A stretch of DNA of 64,000 bases. Source: Candidatus Poribacteria bacterium. GTDB taxonomy: Bacteria; Poribacteria; WGA-4E; PCPOR2b. Positions 27,901 to 36,886 of the stretch are shown here, in pieces; positions within the stretch are counted from its first letter, which is position 1, and each line of letters starts with the position of its first letter. The DNA lies in contig OZ220744.1 of assembly GCA_965116925.1 (NCBI GenBank), forward strand, positions 1,888,001-1,952,000, read 5' to 3'. Made by a program: the position numbers and the translations under genes. The notes beneath the pieces are model-generated. The model did not search any database, had not been told where the DNA came from, and saw only the letters and a list, made by a program, of their open reading frames with translations.

Positions 27901-28947
27901 GAAAAGCGCAGGTGTGTCAATCCCTGTGGCTTTTACTATTGCCAAGTCACGTTCTTTATCAACAAAAAGAACTCTAATACGGTACTTCTTTGCCTTTCCA
28001 AACAACTTTGCGGTTCCAATTGACATATTTTCGATAACGTGATAGTTGGTCGCAATTAGATCATCATGGACGATGAAACCGCTACCCAGTCCAGGGGTGT
28101 GCTTGGCATCTTTGGTCTCCAAGAGTACCGTAGAACGTTCAGCGATTTTGGCAATCTCTTGGGGAGTCAGAGTTGGTTTCGGTTCGGTAGGTAGAGGTGC
28201 GGATTGGGGCTCGGTTGTTTTCGGTTTGACGGGAGGAAGATCGACCTTAGGCTTGACGGGTTTCGGCTTGATCCGTGTCGGAAGGGTTGGCATCAGTGCC
28301 TTGAGATAATTTACCGGAATCGCAAAATTGAGATTCTGCCCATTACGATGAGTTGCGAATGAAATCCCTATCACCTCGCCCTTTTCATTAAAGACAGGAC
28401 CGCCACTACTCCCCTGAGAAATCGGTGCTGTCATTTGGAAGAATTTATCAGGGTCGCCACGAATCGCACTGATAATGCCATCCGAGAATGAGCCTTCTAG
28501 TCCCTGTGGATTGCCCGCGACGTAAACTTTATCACCAATTCGAACCGTATCACTATCACCAAGGGAAAGTACCGAGGCATCGATCCCTCCAACTTTTATT
28601 ACTGCCAAATCGTGCTCTTTGTCAGTTTCAAGGATTGTTTCAACAGGATACACCTCTTCCTTTCCTACCAACTTCGCAAATCCAATCGACATATCATTGA
28701 CAACGTGATGATTAGTCGCAATATGGCCACCGTAGACAACAAATCCACTACCCGTCCAACGGTTACCTTGGGCATCTCTGAAGACCAAATGTACTGTAGA
28801 ATCTAAAGCGATTTCGGCAATCTCTGGGGTAGTCAGGGCAATTGCCACAGTCATTCCGTAAAAAAACAAAAGTACCCCAACCATAAAACTCAGTAATAAT
28901 TTTCGCCTACGTTGCATAAAATTGTATCCTTGTACAGAAGCACACAC
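24922..28947 (-). CDS. Tandem two-domain trypsin-like protease with TPR, PEGA/Ig-like repeats and probable C-terminal beta-barrel
   Basis: Two triads (TNHHV/DLAVI/GSSGGP and TNYHV/DLAIV/GSSGGP); ends NIQVGLGYTF; start may be ATG 28917. Confidence 0.85.
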   Translation of the reverse strand: MCASVQGYNFMQRRRKLLLSFMVGVLLFFYGMTVAIALTTPEIAEIALDSTVHLVFRDAQGNRWTGSGFVVYGGHIATNHHVVNDMSIGFAKLVGKEEVYPVETILETDKEHDLAVIKVGGIDASVLSLGDSDTVRIGDKVYVAGNPQGLEGSFSDGIISAIRGDPDKFFQMTAPISQGSSGGPVFNEKGEVIGISFATHRNGQNLNFAIPVNYLKALMPTLPTRIKPKPVKPKVDLPPVKPKTTEPQSAPLPTEPKPTLTPQEIAKIAERSTVLLETKDAKHTPGLGSGFIVHDDLIATNYHVIENMSIGTAKLFGKAKKYRIRVLFVDKERDLAIVKATGIDTPALFLGDSDAVQVADKVYVMGNPHRLEGTFSSGEISAIRPPGAYLTTFPLSGGTSWDWHAPCKLLQMTAPTSKGSSGGPVLNDKGEVIGIVYGGVPSFLQPDFTVTIPENLNFAIAVNYLKQLAKEKGIPITPTSPKISPIMKHAPPSRVSVGEIIPLTLNLISSKAPQQVTIHYSTYDKNGNESEKKSQKMRLSNQPSASSSWSYKMDLPSQKRVGSIKYYIAVKYDNHLPFRYPRSQSRYYQIPIVDDKPPTISVLYPPPDATFGANQEITFRAKVTDNSAVKDVHIHIFSRFNDPQSHKLTAKGSSDIYTIDITIQNIVTLQYYLTATDEEGNESKSKPRHLGMKITTQENLEKGIELYEQARYREAIQALSSAIRELEDPKQRAEAYLYLGGSKRGIGEGNDKVRDQFQRAIRHNPDQELPPRLGKDHPIFAELIEEVRKELTGELTVISLLPHTEIWIEGNEVDRKMLGTGIVKRRLLTGDYIVEGIYEGGSKRRAITIEPNRHKEIDLGIPPDIKHDPPSNISVGKIIPLEVKLISTKASQHVKVHYKTYNRNRKELEQNDQEMDLWAQQPASSTGIYKVDLPSQKHVGSIEYYIEIEYENHGLFRHPRDQNRHHQISIVDDKPLTISLLYPPDGAKFERDQEITIRAEVSASHAIKAVHVHFSSSNRQKMSQENSSDVYTTKITVSQPLRYYLVATDEAGNTSESESRRIEITRSVDKPTISVLYPSDDPAEFEVNEQITIGAEVKASVSIKAVHVHFSSGSSKKMSQEKSSNIYTTNITFPQAKSIKYYLTATDEVGNTTESKSRQVEIKPPPPPPPEEPNPPIYEGIWASVSGDGASTFAGDGNYMFRLAYLREGKSRSTLGVQLDFSPDLTNMSAMVQWGPRPPGKTKATFTLLGGIAQYEDSLRSAHTTPIFGGGVKLYPRDRIVIDATGSIQFQQGSDTMDLYHYEGGIRFYITDKLSLRAGYGQLFLGTQNVSNIQVGLGYTF

Positions 28948-28957
28948 TCAAATACCA

Positions 28958-29455
28958 TCATTGATTCATAAAATCGTGTGAGATTGTCTTTCCATCTTTC
29001 CATTCCTCGTAACGAAAGATTTTTTCGTTGCCACGGTATATCAACTTAATTGCTGTCCCAACCGGGACTTTCAGATCGCCTGGTATCGGAGTAACGTTAG
29101 AATCTCTCCCGTGGGGTTCGGGGGCTATTGTGAAATCTTGTGGCCGTGGCTCCATGAAATAATCGTTTTCAGGCAGCTTTATGAAAACTCTTGCCCACGG
29201 TATAGCGTTAATGGATACCGACACAGTTTCGGCTTCAGTTCTAGTTACAGGTTGCGTTGGTGAGGTAGGAGGAGCTATTGGAGTCTTCTTAGGTTGACGG
29301 ACTCCTGAAGAATCATCGTTGATCTTAGCAGTCGCCGTACCGCTTGCCCCCGGCGTAGGTCCAGAGGTATTCACGGGCCAAAACATTTTGAAAATAATTA
29401 AACCAGCGATAACAATGACGATAGCAGTGGCGACAACTATAACCGATCTGTTCAT
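28958..29455 (-). CDS. Single-TM membrane protein with PEGA-like domain
   Basis: TM helix, Pro/Thr linker, VSINAIPWARVFIKLP. Confidence 0.75.
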   Translation of the reverse strand: MNRSVIVVATAIVIVIAGLIIFKMFWPVNTSGPTPGASGTATAKINDDSSGVRQPKKTPIAPPTSPTQPVTRTEAETVSVSINAIPWARVFIKLPENDYFMEPRPQDFTIAPEPHGRDSNVTPIPGDLKVPVGTAIKLIYRGNEKIFRYEEWKDGKTISHDFMNQ

Positions 29456-29762
29456 ACCTAACTATCCTTTACTGAGCGAGGTTGGGTGTTATGGAGGAAT
29501 AGGTAGCACGTTTAGATAACACCCACAAAGAAGGACTATGATTATCACACATCTTCACAGCTTAATTTATTTTTCAGTAACTTTGAGGAGCGTTAGTATG
29601 TAAAAATTATAGCACCCTTTCCAAAAGGGTGTCAATTGATTCACACCTGTTTTTTGATGGATCGTCATAGCATCTTTTGATAGAATCATGCTATAATATT
29701 TTCAGTATTGATAAAAAGGACGACACATTCAAAAGGGAAATCTCTAGGAGAGGAAAACAACC

Positions 29763-30827
29763 ATGTCAAACACACTATTTCCCACAACCGTCATCGGCAG
29801 CCTGCCCCGATCTGCGTGGGTGCGCGAGTTAATTCTTGACCGAAAGGATGGAAAGATATCCGAAGAGGAAACAGACCACTTGCTGAACCCGGCGGTCGAA
29901 TCAGCGCTGCGTCTGCAAGAGCGAGCGGGGTTAGATGAGGTCACCGATGGGGAATGGCGCAGAGAAAGTTACGTCAAGGTTTTTGCTGACCGGGTACGGG
30001 GTTTTCGAGCAGATCTCAATCCTAGTGGTGGGTTGCCCTATCCGGCAGTAGTCGAGCCAATCGAGTCTTACCGGCCCTTAGTGGTTGATGAAATCCGTTA
30101 CATCCGGGGACTAACTCAGCGACGCATCAAGGCAACCTTACCCGCCCCCTATATCATTGGCAGGCGGATGTGGCATCCCGAACACTCAAAAGCCGCCTAT
30201 CCTACCCGCGAGCAGCTGATGACCGACTGCGTGCCGATTCTGCGACAGGAAATTGAACTCCTTCGTGAAGCGGGTGCGGACACGATACAACTCGACGAGC
30301 CGTGGCTTAGCACCATGGTGGATCCCGACTTTCGAGAGCGAGAAGGTGTCACTGATGTTCAGTATGAGATGGATCAGTGTGTCGATTTTATTAACCAAAC
30401 GCTAGACGGAATTGAAGGTGTTGAGACAGGGATGCATCTGTGCCACGCACACTTCGATCACAAACACGGGACAGAGGGACCCTATGACCTAATCATGCCC
30501 GCCTTGGCGAAGGTTCGGGTCGGCACAATTTCTATGGAATATGCTACCCCTGTCGCAGGCGGTTTAGCCTCGCTCGCTCAATTTCCTGAGAATGTACGAT
30601 TGGGACTTGGGTGCATTGACCATTGTGACCGGCAGGTGGAAACGCCAGAAGATGTAATAGCCCGCGTGGAGGAAGCCATGCGTTATGTGGACAAAGAGCG
30701 CATTACGCTGCATCCGGATTGCGGCTTTTCACCGTCAGTTCAGAATCCTATGGATATAGACGAAGCGTACTTGAAACTAAAGGCGATGTGTCAGGCAGCA
30801 AAGCTGCTCCGCGAAAAATACGCATGA
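29763..30827 (+). CDS. Cobalamin-independent methionine synthase II family (short MetE-like) protein
   Basis: TTVIGSLPR, DGEWRRESY, IQLDEP, Zn ligands HLCH and HPDCGF. Confidence 0.85.
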   Translation: MSNTLFPTTVIGSLPRSAWVRELILDRKDGKISEEETDHLLNPAVESALRLQERAGLDEVTDGEWRRESYVKVFADRVRGFRADLNPSGGLPYPAVVEPIESYRPLVVDEIRYIRGLTQRRIKATLPAPYIIGRRMWHPEHSKAAYPTREQLMTDCVPILRQEIELLREAGADTIQLDEPWLSTMVDPDFREREGVTDVQYEMDQCVDFINQTLDGIEGVETGMHLCHAHFDHKHGTEGPYDLIMPALAKVRVGTISMEYATPVAGGLASLAQFPENVRLGLGCIDHCDRQVETPEDVIARVEEAMRYVDKERITLHPDCGFSPSVQNPMDIDEAYLKLKAMCQAAKLLREKYA

Positions 30828-30854
30828 GACTGATTGCCCTGAAGGGAGATTGCA

Positions 30855-31871
30855 ATGACAACACCAGAAGCTGCAGCAGAACTTTACAAGAAAACTGTTG
30901 TGATAGATTGCCTAAATGTGAGCAATTGGGAGAGTCCGGCTGTGTTCCACAGCTTGCACGCCGGGGGTGTAACAGCCATCAACGCCACCGTTGCGACATG
31001 GGAAAATTATCAGCAAACTTTGGACAACATTGCTGCTTGGTTTCGCCGTCTTCGAGAATACAACGACATCCTTGTGCAGGTAAAAACCGTGAACGAACTT
31101 CTGCAAGCCAAGCAGAACGGCAAAGTCGGTATAATCTTCGGTTCTCAGAACGCTTCTCCCATTGAGAACGATCTCGACCGACTCGCGCTCTTTCATGCAC
31201 TCGGAATGCGAGTCATCCAAGTGACCTACCACGAGCGGAATCTGTTGGGAAATGGCTGCTGGGAACGTAGAGACGACGGTTTGAGCAACTTTGGTGTTGA
31301 TGCTGTCCGAGAGATGAATGCACTGGGTATCCTGATTGATCTCTCCCATGTTGGCGATCGCACCACATTGGAGGCAATAGAGTTGTCAGACAAACCTGTC
31401 GCGATTACCCACGCGAACGCTCGTTCCTATTTCAACCATCCCCGAAACAAGACGGACGATGCGCTGAAATTGTTGAAAGAACGAAATGGCGTAATCGGTG
31501 CAACATCCATCACCTCCTTTTTGCCAACCCAATTTGCATCCACCCTAGCGGACTATGTGGATGCGATAGATGACATGGTGGAACGGGTCGGGATTGACCA
31601 CGTGGGTGTTGGAACAGACTTTACACAGGATCAGCCAGTTTCGTTCTGGGAGTATATCGGCGCGCAACAGGGGACAAAATATCCGTCCACCTTTGTGAAT
31701 CCAGACGTGCGATACGACCAGTTGCCGATGTCTCCCAAGGGCTTTGAAACACCCGATAAGTTTCCAGACCTGGGAGCCGCGCTTCTAAAACGAGGTTACA
31801 AACCGGACGAGGTTACCAAAATTCTGGGTGGAAACTGGATTCGACTCTTTCGAGAGGTGTGGGCAGAGTAA
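30855..31871 (+). CDS. Membrane dipeptidase (M19) family amidohydrolase
   Basis: IDLSHVG, ITHAN, HPRNKTD, DHVGVGTDF, KILGGNW. Confidence 0.85.
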   Translation: MTTPEAAAELYKKTVVIDCLNVSNWESPAVFHSLHAGGVTAINATVATWENYQQTLDNIAAWFRRLREYNDILVQVKTVNELLQAKQNGKVGIIFGSQNASPIENDLDRLALFHALGMRVIQVTYHERNLLGNGCWERRDDGLSNFGVDAVREMNALGILIDLSHVGDRTTLEAIELSDKPVAITHANARSYFNHPRNKTDDALKLLKERNGVIGATSITSFLPTQFASTLADYVDAIDDMVERVGIDHVGVGTDFTQDQPVSFWEYIGAQQGTKYPSTFVNPDVRYDQLPMSPKGFETPDKFPDLGAALLKRGYKPDEVTKILGGNWIRLFREVWAE

Positions 31872-31977
31872 AATGCGAAGAGAAACCGAGTTTTTTCGGA
31901 GGTAGGGGCGGGGTTACCCCGCCCCTACGGTTTTTTTGAACTCTTTCTTAACATGAACCAATGGGGAAGGAACAGCA

Positions 31978-32877
31978 ATGGAATCAAATCAAGGCATATA
32001 TCAGGATAACGAAGGGATTTCGTTTGCCGACATCGCGCTGCGTCATCAAGATGGGCGGTCTCTAGCATCCGTTCGGGTTCGGACAGCCGGACATACCCAC
32101 ACAGGTGTCGCCAGTTTTGTCGTTGCAGAGGAAGGGCTAGAGCTTGTCTATGAGGATGGGTCGTGGGATTGTCGGGAGTGGCAGTGGTGGAAGGACCACG
32201 GTCGCGGAGACGAAAAGTGGCCCCGACTCGTCCCAGCGACTTCCAGCTACGAGCAGCGAGGGGACACAATCTACGTCACAAGTCAATACACATGCGACAA
32301 CATCCAGACCTGCCAAGAGTGGTTCTTCCAACCCCAAGATCGGAATGATGTACTCACATACAACTGCCGACAAACAATCCAGAATTGCGGTTCCGTTGAC
32401 TTAATCGAGTATGCTCAATTTTTCGCCTGCTACACCGAAACTAACAGAGAGAAAAGCCAATTCTATTGGTCAGCGGACGGACAGTTCAAGAGTTTTGAAA
32501 GCCTTGGCGGCAGACATCTAGACGCTTACATCGTTGCTCCCGGATCCACCTTCGAGCAACTCGGATTGATTCCACACGCACTGAGGGGTGGTGGCAAAGT
32601 TGCAGATACTTGGTATAAGCCAGTGTTGGTGGGTCAGCCTAGCCCGAAAGGCTGGCGGCATATCGTTTTCACAGAGCCTGCTGCGACAGCCGGACTCGCC
32701 TCTGGAATGGGTGGCATCGCAATGGACTACATTGCTTATCCGGGAACGGGAGTTTTCAAGCACGGCGAATCCTTTTCGATTCGCATCCAGCACCATATCA
32801 TGAAAATGCCTGATTCCATTCAGATAGGTCTTGTCGAGGAACTTTGGGAGGCATTTGAGAGGGATCTCATCGGCTAA
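31978..32877 (+). CDS. Hypothetical protein
   Basis: 299-aa ORF with RBS GGAAGGA, co-oriented with neighbours; no family recognised. Confidence 0.65.
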   Translation: MESNQGIYQDNEGISFADIALRHQDGRSLASVRVRTAGHTHTGVASFVVAEEGLELVYEDGSWDCREWQWWKDHGRGDEKWPRLVPATSSYEQRGDTIYVTSQYTCDNIQTCQEWFFQPQDRNDVLTYNCRQTIQNCGSVDLIEYAQFFACYTETNREKSQFYWSADGQFKSFESLGGRHLDAYIVAPGSTFEQLGLIPHALRGGGKVADTWYKPVLVGQPSPKGWRHIVFTEPAATAGLASGMGGIAMDYIAYPGTGVFKHGESFSIRIQHHIMKMPDSIQIGLVEELWEAFERDLIG

Positions 32878-32882
32878 GGGTG

Positions 32883-33208
32883 TAGGGTCATTTAGTTTTT
32901 GGTTTTTTGACTGACTTTGGAACGACCCGAACCCGTAGGCGGGGCATCTTGCCCCGCCGTTGCGTTAACCAAGATACCGAGCTACGGAAGAATTAAATGA
33001 CCCTAACTAAGGGTGTAGGGCAATCGCATGTAAATATTGTGTAGGATTTACACCCTTGAATTGCGAAAATCATTTCCTATTTCATATCGTAGGTACAGAT
33101 TTCCAATCTGTACGTGCCCCAGGGCAGCACATCTACGCTACAACAGGGGATTACCCAGTGTTCTGATTGCCCAACTGACTAATTCCTATAACAGATGCGA
33201 TTGCCCTC
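32883..33208. mobile_element. Two tandem MITEs at one target site
   Basis: TAGGGTCATTTA..TAAATGACCCTA (32883-33005) and TAGGGCAATCGCAT..ATGCGATTGCCCT (33016-33208); target (G/A)CTAAG(G/A)GTG present three times. Confidence 0.75.
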
Positions 33209-33255
33209 GCTAAGAGTGTCTTATATATAGATCTATCAGCAGAATCGTGCTATAA

Positions 33256-33484
33256 TAACGCAAGTTGCTAGTTGAGAGACCAAGCACTATAAACCGAGTT
33301 TTTTCGGCAAAACTCGGTTTCTATCTGATCCTAACGACTTGAGTTATGTTATAGAATCCCAGTCGTCGTGCAAATAATCCCAATCGTGGCGCAGATTGCC
33401 TAATCTGCGATCCCCACATTACCTATTACGCTTCGTTTCACGATTCAGACAAACACCGGAACGACAACTAGCAACTTAGGTTAT
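33256..33484. mobile_element. MITE with TAACGCAAGTTGCTAG / CTAGCAACTTAGGTTA ends
   Basis: Imperfect terminal inverted repeat; single related ends also at ~5883 and ~10569. Confidence 0.6.
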
Positions 33485-33545
33485 AATATCGTCTAGTTTG
33501 ATGTGCATTCTCCTCTAAGAATCCCGCCTACTACGGAGTAAACCG

Positions 33546-34673
33546 ATGGAAACAAGCCTTGAGGAACAGAGAGAACAACTCATGCGCGAAGGATACGTCA
33601 TTGTACGCAACATCATCCCACCCGACGAATTAGAACAACTGCGTAAAAGTGTTGACACCATTATCGACAGAGCACCCCCTTCAAGCCGAGTAATGGTGAC
33701 CGAATGGGTTGACAAACAGACTGCCAACGCTGTGGAGTTCTATTTCGACGACCGCACCCTTGGCTTCACCCGCGAGCTGATGGACGCCCCTGATGTTGCC
33801 CCACAAGGAATGTGGGTGTTGTGTCATTCGGGAACGGGTTGGCACCGCGACATCCACCCAATTGATATGGCACCGCTTGATGGATTGCAAGAAGATATTC
33901 GACTCAACGGTCCACCCTATCTCCAATGGAATCTTCCGCTCTACGATGATAGCTACCTACATGTAATCCCCCGCAGCCATTTGCGCCGCAATACCGAAGC
34001 AGAAAGCAGATTGGAGCGTCGTATGGGGGTTGTTCCGCTGCCGGAAGAGATTACTGTAGACCTCAAAGCCGGTGATGGTCTTGTCTACATCAACGGCATC
34101 CTGCATAGCGCCACCCCAAACGGCGATGAGAAGCGGCGGACGCTTCATTTTGGATACCAATCATTTGGTGCCGAAGGATTTGTGCATTTTTTCCTCCCTA
34201 CCACAATGGGCGTGGACTTTGTGGAACATTTGTCGCCGGAGGCGGCTGAGATGTGTCACCACTTTGAATCACTCCACGCTAAACGGCATGACAACATTGC
34301 ATTCACACTCCGCGCTATCCTTGAGAAAGATGCACCTGCATTTACAGAAGGATTGCACCGGATTCACCGCAGTGAGCATGCCCGCATGACAACACTGGTT
34401 GTCCTGTCAAAGATTGCTTATATGATTCGCACATACCAAGATTCCGATTCAGAAGAGTCTAGCAACGGACCCCGCATCCAACGCATGGCAGACCGTTTTA
34501 CCCCCGACGAATTGGAACAACTCTGGCAGCGATTCGCCATCCTCGATCGCAAACTGCAATCGGACACGGAGCAATACGAACCGCTGTTTCAGAGTGGTCC
34601 AATGCAGTATCTCTTTTATGACATGCCTCAAGATTTCGGCGTTGATGACTTCATCGCGAGTTGGAATGGGTGA
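33546..34673 (+). CDS. Phytanoyl-CoA dioxygenase (PhyH)-family Fe/2OG oxygenase
   Basis: REGYVIVRNII, WHRD facial-triad start, IPRSH, LKAGD...ILHS. Confidence 0.85.
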   Translation: METSLEEQREQLMREGYVIVRNIIPPDELEQLRKSVDTIIDRAPPSSRVMVTEWVDKQTANAVEFYFDDRTLGFTRELMDAPDVAPQGMWVLCHSGTGWHRDIHPIDMAPLDGLQEDIRLNGPPYLQWNLPLYDDSYLHVIPRSHLRRNTEAESRLERRMGVVPLPEEITVDLKAGDGLVYINGILHSATPNGDEKRRTLHFGYQSFGAEGFVHFFLPTTMGVDFVEHLSPEAAEMCHHFESLHAKRHDNIAFTLRAILEKDAPAFTEGLHRIHRSEHARMTTLVVLSKIAYMIRTYQDSDSEESSNGPRIQRMADRFTPDELEQLWQRFAILDRKLQSDTEQYEPLFQSGPMQYLFYDMPQDFGVDDFIASWNG

Positions 34674-34743
34674 AAACCGTCAGCCAATTGAGGCGTTTAG
34701 CATACTGTTTCGGTGGACATAAAACTTAGTAAAGGAGCCTATC

Positions 34744-35682
34744 ATGTCTCAACGTCTGGTTTACTTCAACGGAGAATTTATTCCCGAACAGGAAGCACGT
34801 ATTTCCATCTTCGACTCCGCGCTGCTGTTCGGCGATATGGTTTTTGAGGTCACCCGTACCTTTAACCAGAAACCCTTTCGCCTGCGCGAACATCTAGAGC
34901 GGCTCTACGGGTCGATACGCTATGCGGAAATCGACTGCGGTCTTACCATAGACGAAATGGAAGCCGCTACCTATGAGACTATTGAGAGGAACCTACCCGC
35001 TCTCAATGACTTGGACTTTCAGATTATGCACGATTTGACCCGTGGAGGTTACCCTCTTTACCAAGGCCTCATCAAAGAAGGTGCCTCCCCCATCGTATCT
35101 ATTAACGTCTTCCCACTCATCCGTCACGTTGGCGGCCAAGCTGATAAGTATGAAACTGGATCTCACTTTGTCATCACACCGCAGCAATCGGTGCCCTCTC
35201 GTTATATCGATCCCAAGGCGAAAAACCGGAGTCGCATCTTCTACAAACTTGCTGAACTTCACGCGAGCAAGCTGGAAGAGGGCGCGATGGCGCTGCTGAC
35301 CGACGAGCACGGTTTTATCACCGAAGGCACAGGCAACAACTTCTTCATAGCGCGGGATGGTGAGATTTTCACCTCAAAACCCAACGACATTCTGCGTGGG
35401 GTTTCTCGTCACGCTTGTATGGACATCGCCTCCTCACTCGGCATTCCTGTCCACGAAGCAGACATCGAACCCTACGATGTACGGGAGGCGGATGAAGCTT
35501 GGTGGACTAGTACCACCATCTGCATGATGCCAGTCACCCGATTCAATTTCCAGCCAGTCGGCGACGGAAAACCCGGCCGCATCTACTTGCGACTGCTTGA
35601 TGCTTGGTCGAAGGAAGTTGGGGTAAACATTCCTGCCCAAGCACGCGAATACGCGGAACTCGGTAAAACTTGGACACCGTAA
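34744..35682 (+). CDS. Class IV PLP aminotransferase (branched-chain/D-amino acid type)
   Basis: GDMVFE, HLERL, PKAKNRS, ITEGTGNN, LRGVSR. Confidence 0.9.
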   Translation: MSQRLVYFNGEFIPEQEARISIFDSALLFGDMVFEVTRTFNQKPFRLREHLERLYGSIRYAEIDCGLTIDEMEAATYETIERNLPALNDLDFQIMHDLTRGGYPLYQGLIKEGASPIVSINVFPLIRHVGGQADKYETGSHFVITPQQSVPSRYIDPKAKNRSRIFYKLAELHASKLEEGAMALLTDEHGFITEGTGNNFFIARDGEIFTSKPNDILRGVSRHACMDIASSLGIPVHEADIEPYDVREADEAWWTSTTICMMPVTRFNFQPVGDGKPGRIYLRLLDAWSKEVGVNIPAQAREYAELGKTWTP

Positions 35683-35719
35683 TCCTGCTTCTTGGACTTC
35701 CTTTAAGGAGAACGCAATA

Positions 35720-36550
35720 GTGGTGAGATTAAACAATGCAACGAATACCCCCAGATCAGTAGAAGGACCGGGACAACTCCTAAAGCGCCAATTGCAAAGC
35801 GGCGATGTCCTTGTCGGCGGTATGGTCGCTGAGCACCTCCGTCCGTCGCTGGTAAAGCTGTATGTGCAAGCGGGTTTCGATTTTATGTATATTGAGTACG
35901 AGCACGGCTTCTTCGAGATGACCACATTTGCGGATTCTGTTTTATGTGCCCGGGACAATAATCTTCCCGTCATCGCCAAGACGCCGCAGTTGGAACGCGC
36001 CGAGGTAGCAAAGTTACTGGAGTGTGGAGTCGTCGGAATTCAACTGCCCCGCACTGAGACGCGGGAAGAGGTCGAAATGCTTCGCAGCTACCTCAAGTTT
36101 CCACCCGCTGGTACGCGGGCGGTCGCACCCGGGTATGGCAACAGCAACTACCTTCAGCCAGCTGACTGGAAGACGTGGATGACTGAACAGGATGAAGAAA
36201 CAACGCTGGTCGTTCATATCGAAACTCGACGCGCTTACGAAAACGCCGAAGAAATCATCGGTACGCCGGGGGTGGATATGGTCTATGTTGGTCCGGGTGA
36301 TTTTTCCATCGAAATGGGACACCCCGGTGATTATGATCATCCAGCAGTCACAGGTCCAATGGGAGAAATTCTCGAAATCTGCAAGAAGCACGGTGTTTAC
36401 TTCGGTACAACCGCATCTAACGCAAGTGCAGCGCAGGAATGGGTAGGACGTGGAGCGCAGTTTTTTGAGACCGCAGATGAGTTGGCTTTCATCCATGAAG
36501 CAGCATCGAATCTGGTAAAAGAGTATCGCCAGTTTACGCAGAATGGTTAA
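35720..36550 (+). CDS. HpcH/HpaI aldolase family protein
   Basis: AGFDFMYIEYEHG, KFPPAGTR, HIET, VGPGDFSIEMG. Confidence 0.85.
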   Translation: MVRLNNATNTPRSVEGPGQLLKRQLQSGDVLVGGMVAEHLRPSLVKLYVQAGFDFMYIEYEHGFFEMTTFADSVLCARDNNLPVIAKTPQLERAEVAKLLECGVVGIQLPRTETREEVEMLRSYLKFPPAGTRAVAPGYGNSNYLQPADWKTWMTEQDEETTLVVHIETRRAYENAEEIIGTPGVDMVYVGPGDFSIEMGHPGDYDHPAVTGPMGEILEICKKHGVYFGTTASNASAAQEWVGRGAQFFETADELAFIHEAASNLVKEYRQFTQNG

Positions 36551-36555
36551 TCACT

Positions 36556-36718
36556 TAGGAGTTACGCACTTCAGTAGGGAACGCAGATCTGCGTTCTCTA
36601 CGGACTCCTTATGGAGCCTCTGCTGTAGTTGCCCGATTCATCGGGCGTTGGAGATAGTGTCTTGCGGCGATAAATCGCCGAACTACAGGGATCTGAGTGT
36701 TCAACTGCGTAAGTCCTA
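36556..36718. mobile_element. MITE, inverted homologue of 5912-6070
   Basis: TAGGAGTTACGCA ... TGCGTAAGTCCTA with the same internal hairpins. Confidence 0.7.
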
Positions 36719-36886
36719 TCACTATTAAAATCTAGGTTATGACCCCGGTAGGTGCGGTTTGCAACCGCACCGGATATGTGCAGTTGGAAACAGTGCCTAC
36801 CAAACATGGCGGGCGACAGTGTCTATTTATTTTCAGAGTTCACCATATATGTGGTAAGCCGCCCATTAATGGAAGGACAGCAGCCT

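Noticed and set aside
29763..30827. Calling this gene metE
   Set aside because: Single-barrel 354-aa form without the N-terminal half of full-length MetE; function uncertain
36752..36886. N-terminal extension of the SIS-like ORF
   Set aside because: Lies in a REP/MITE; ATG 36887 has a plausible RBS
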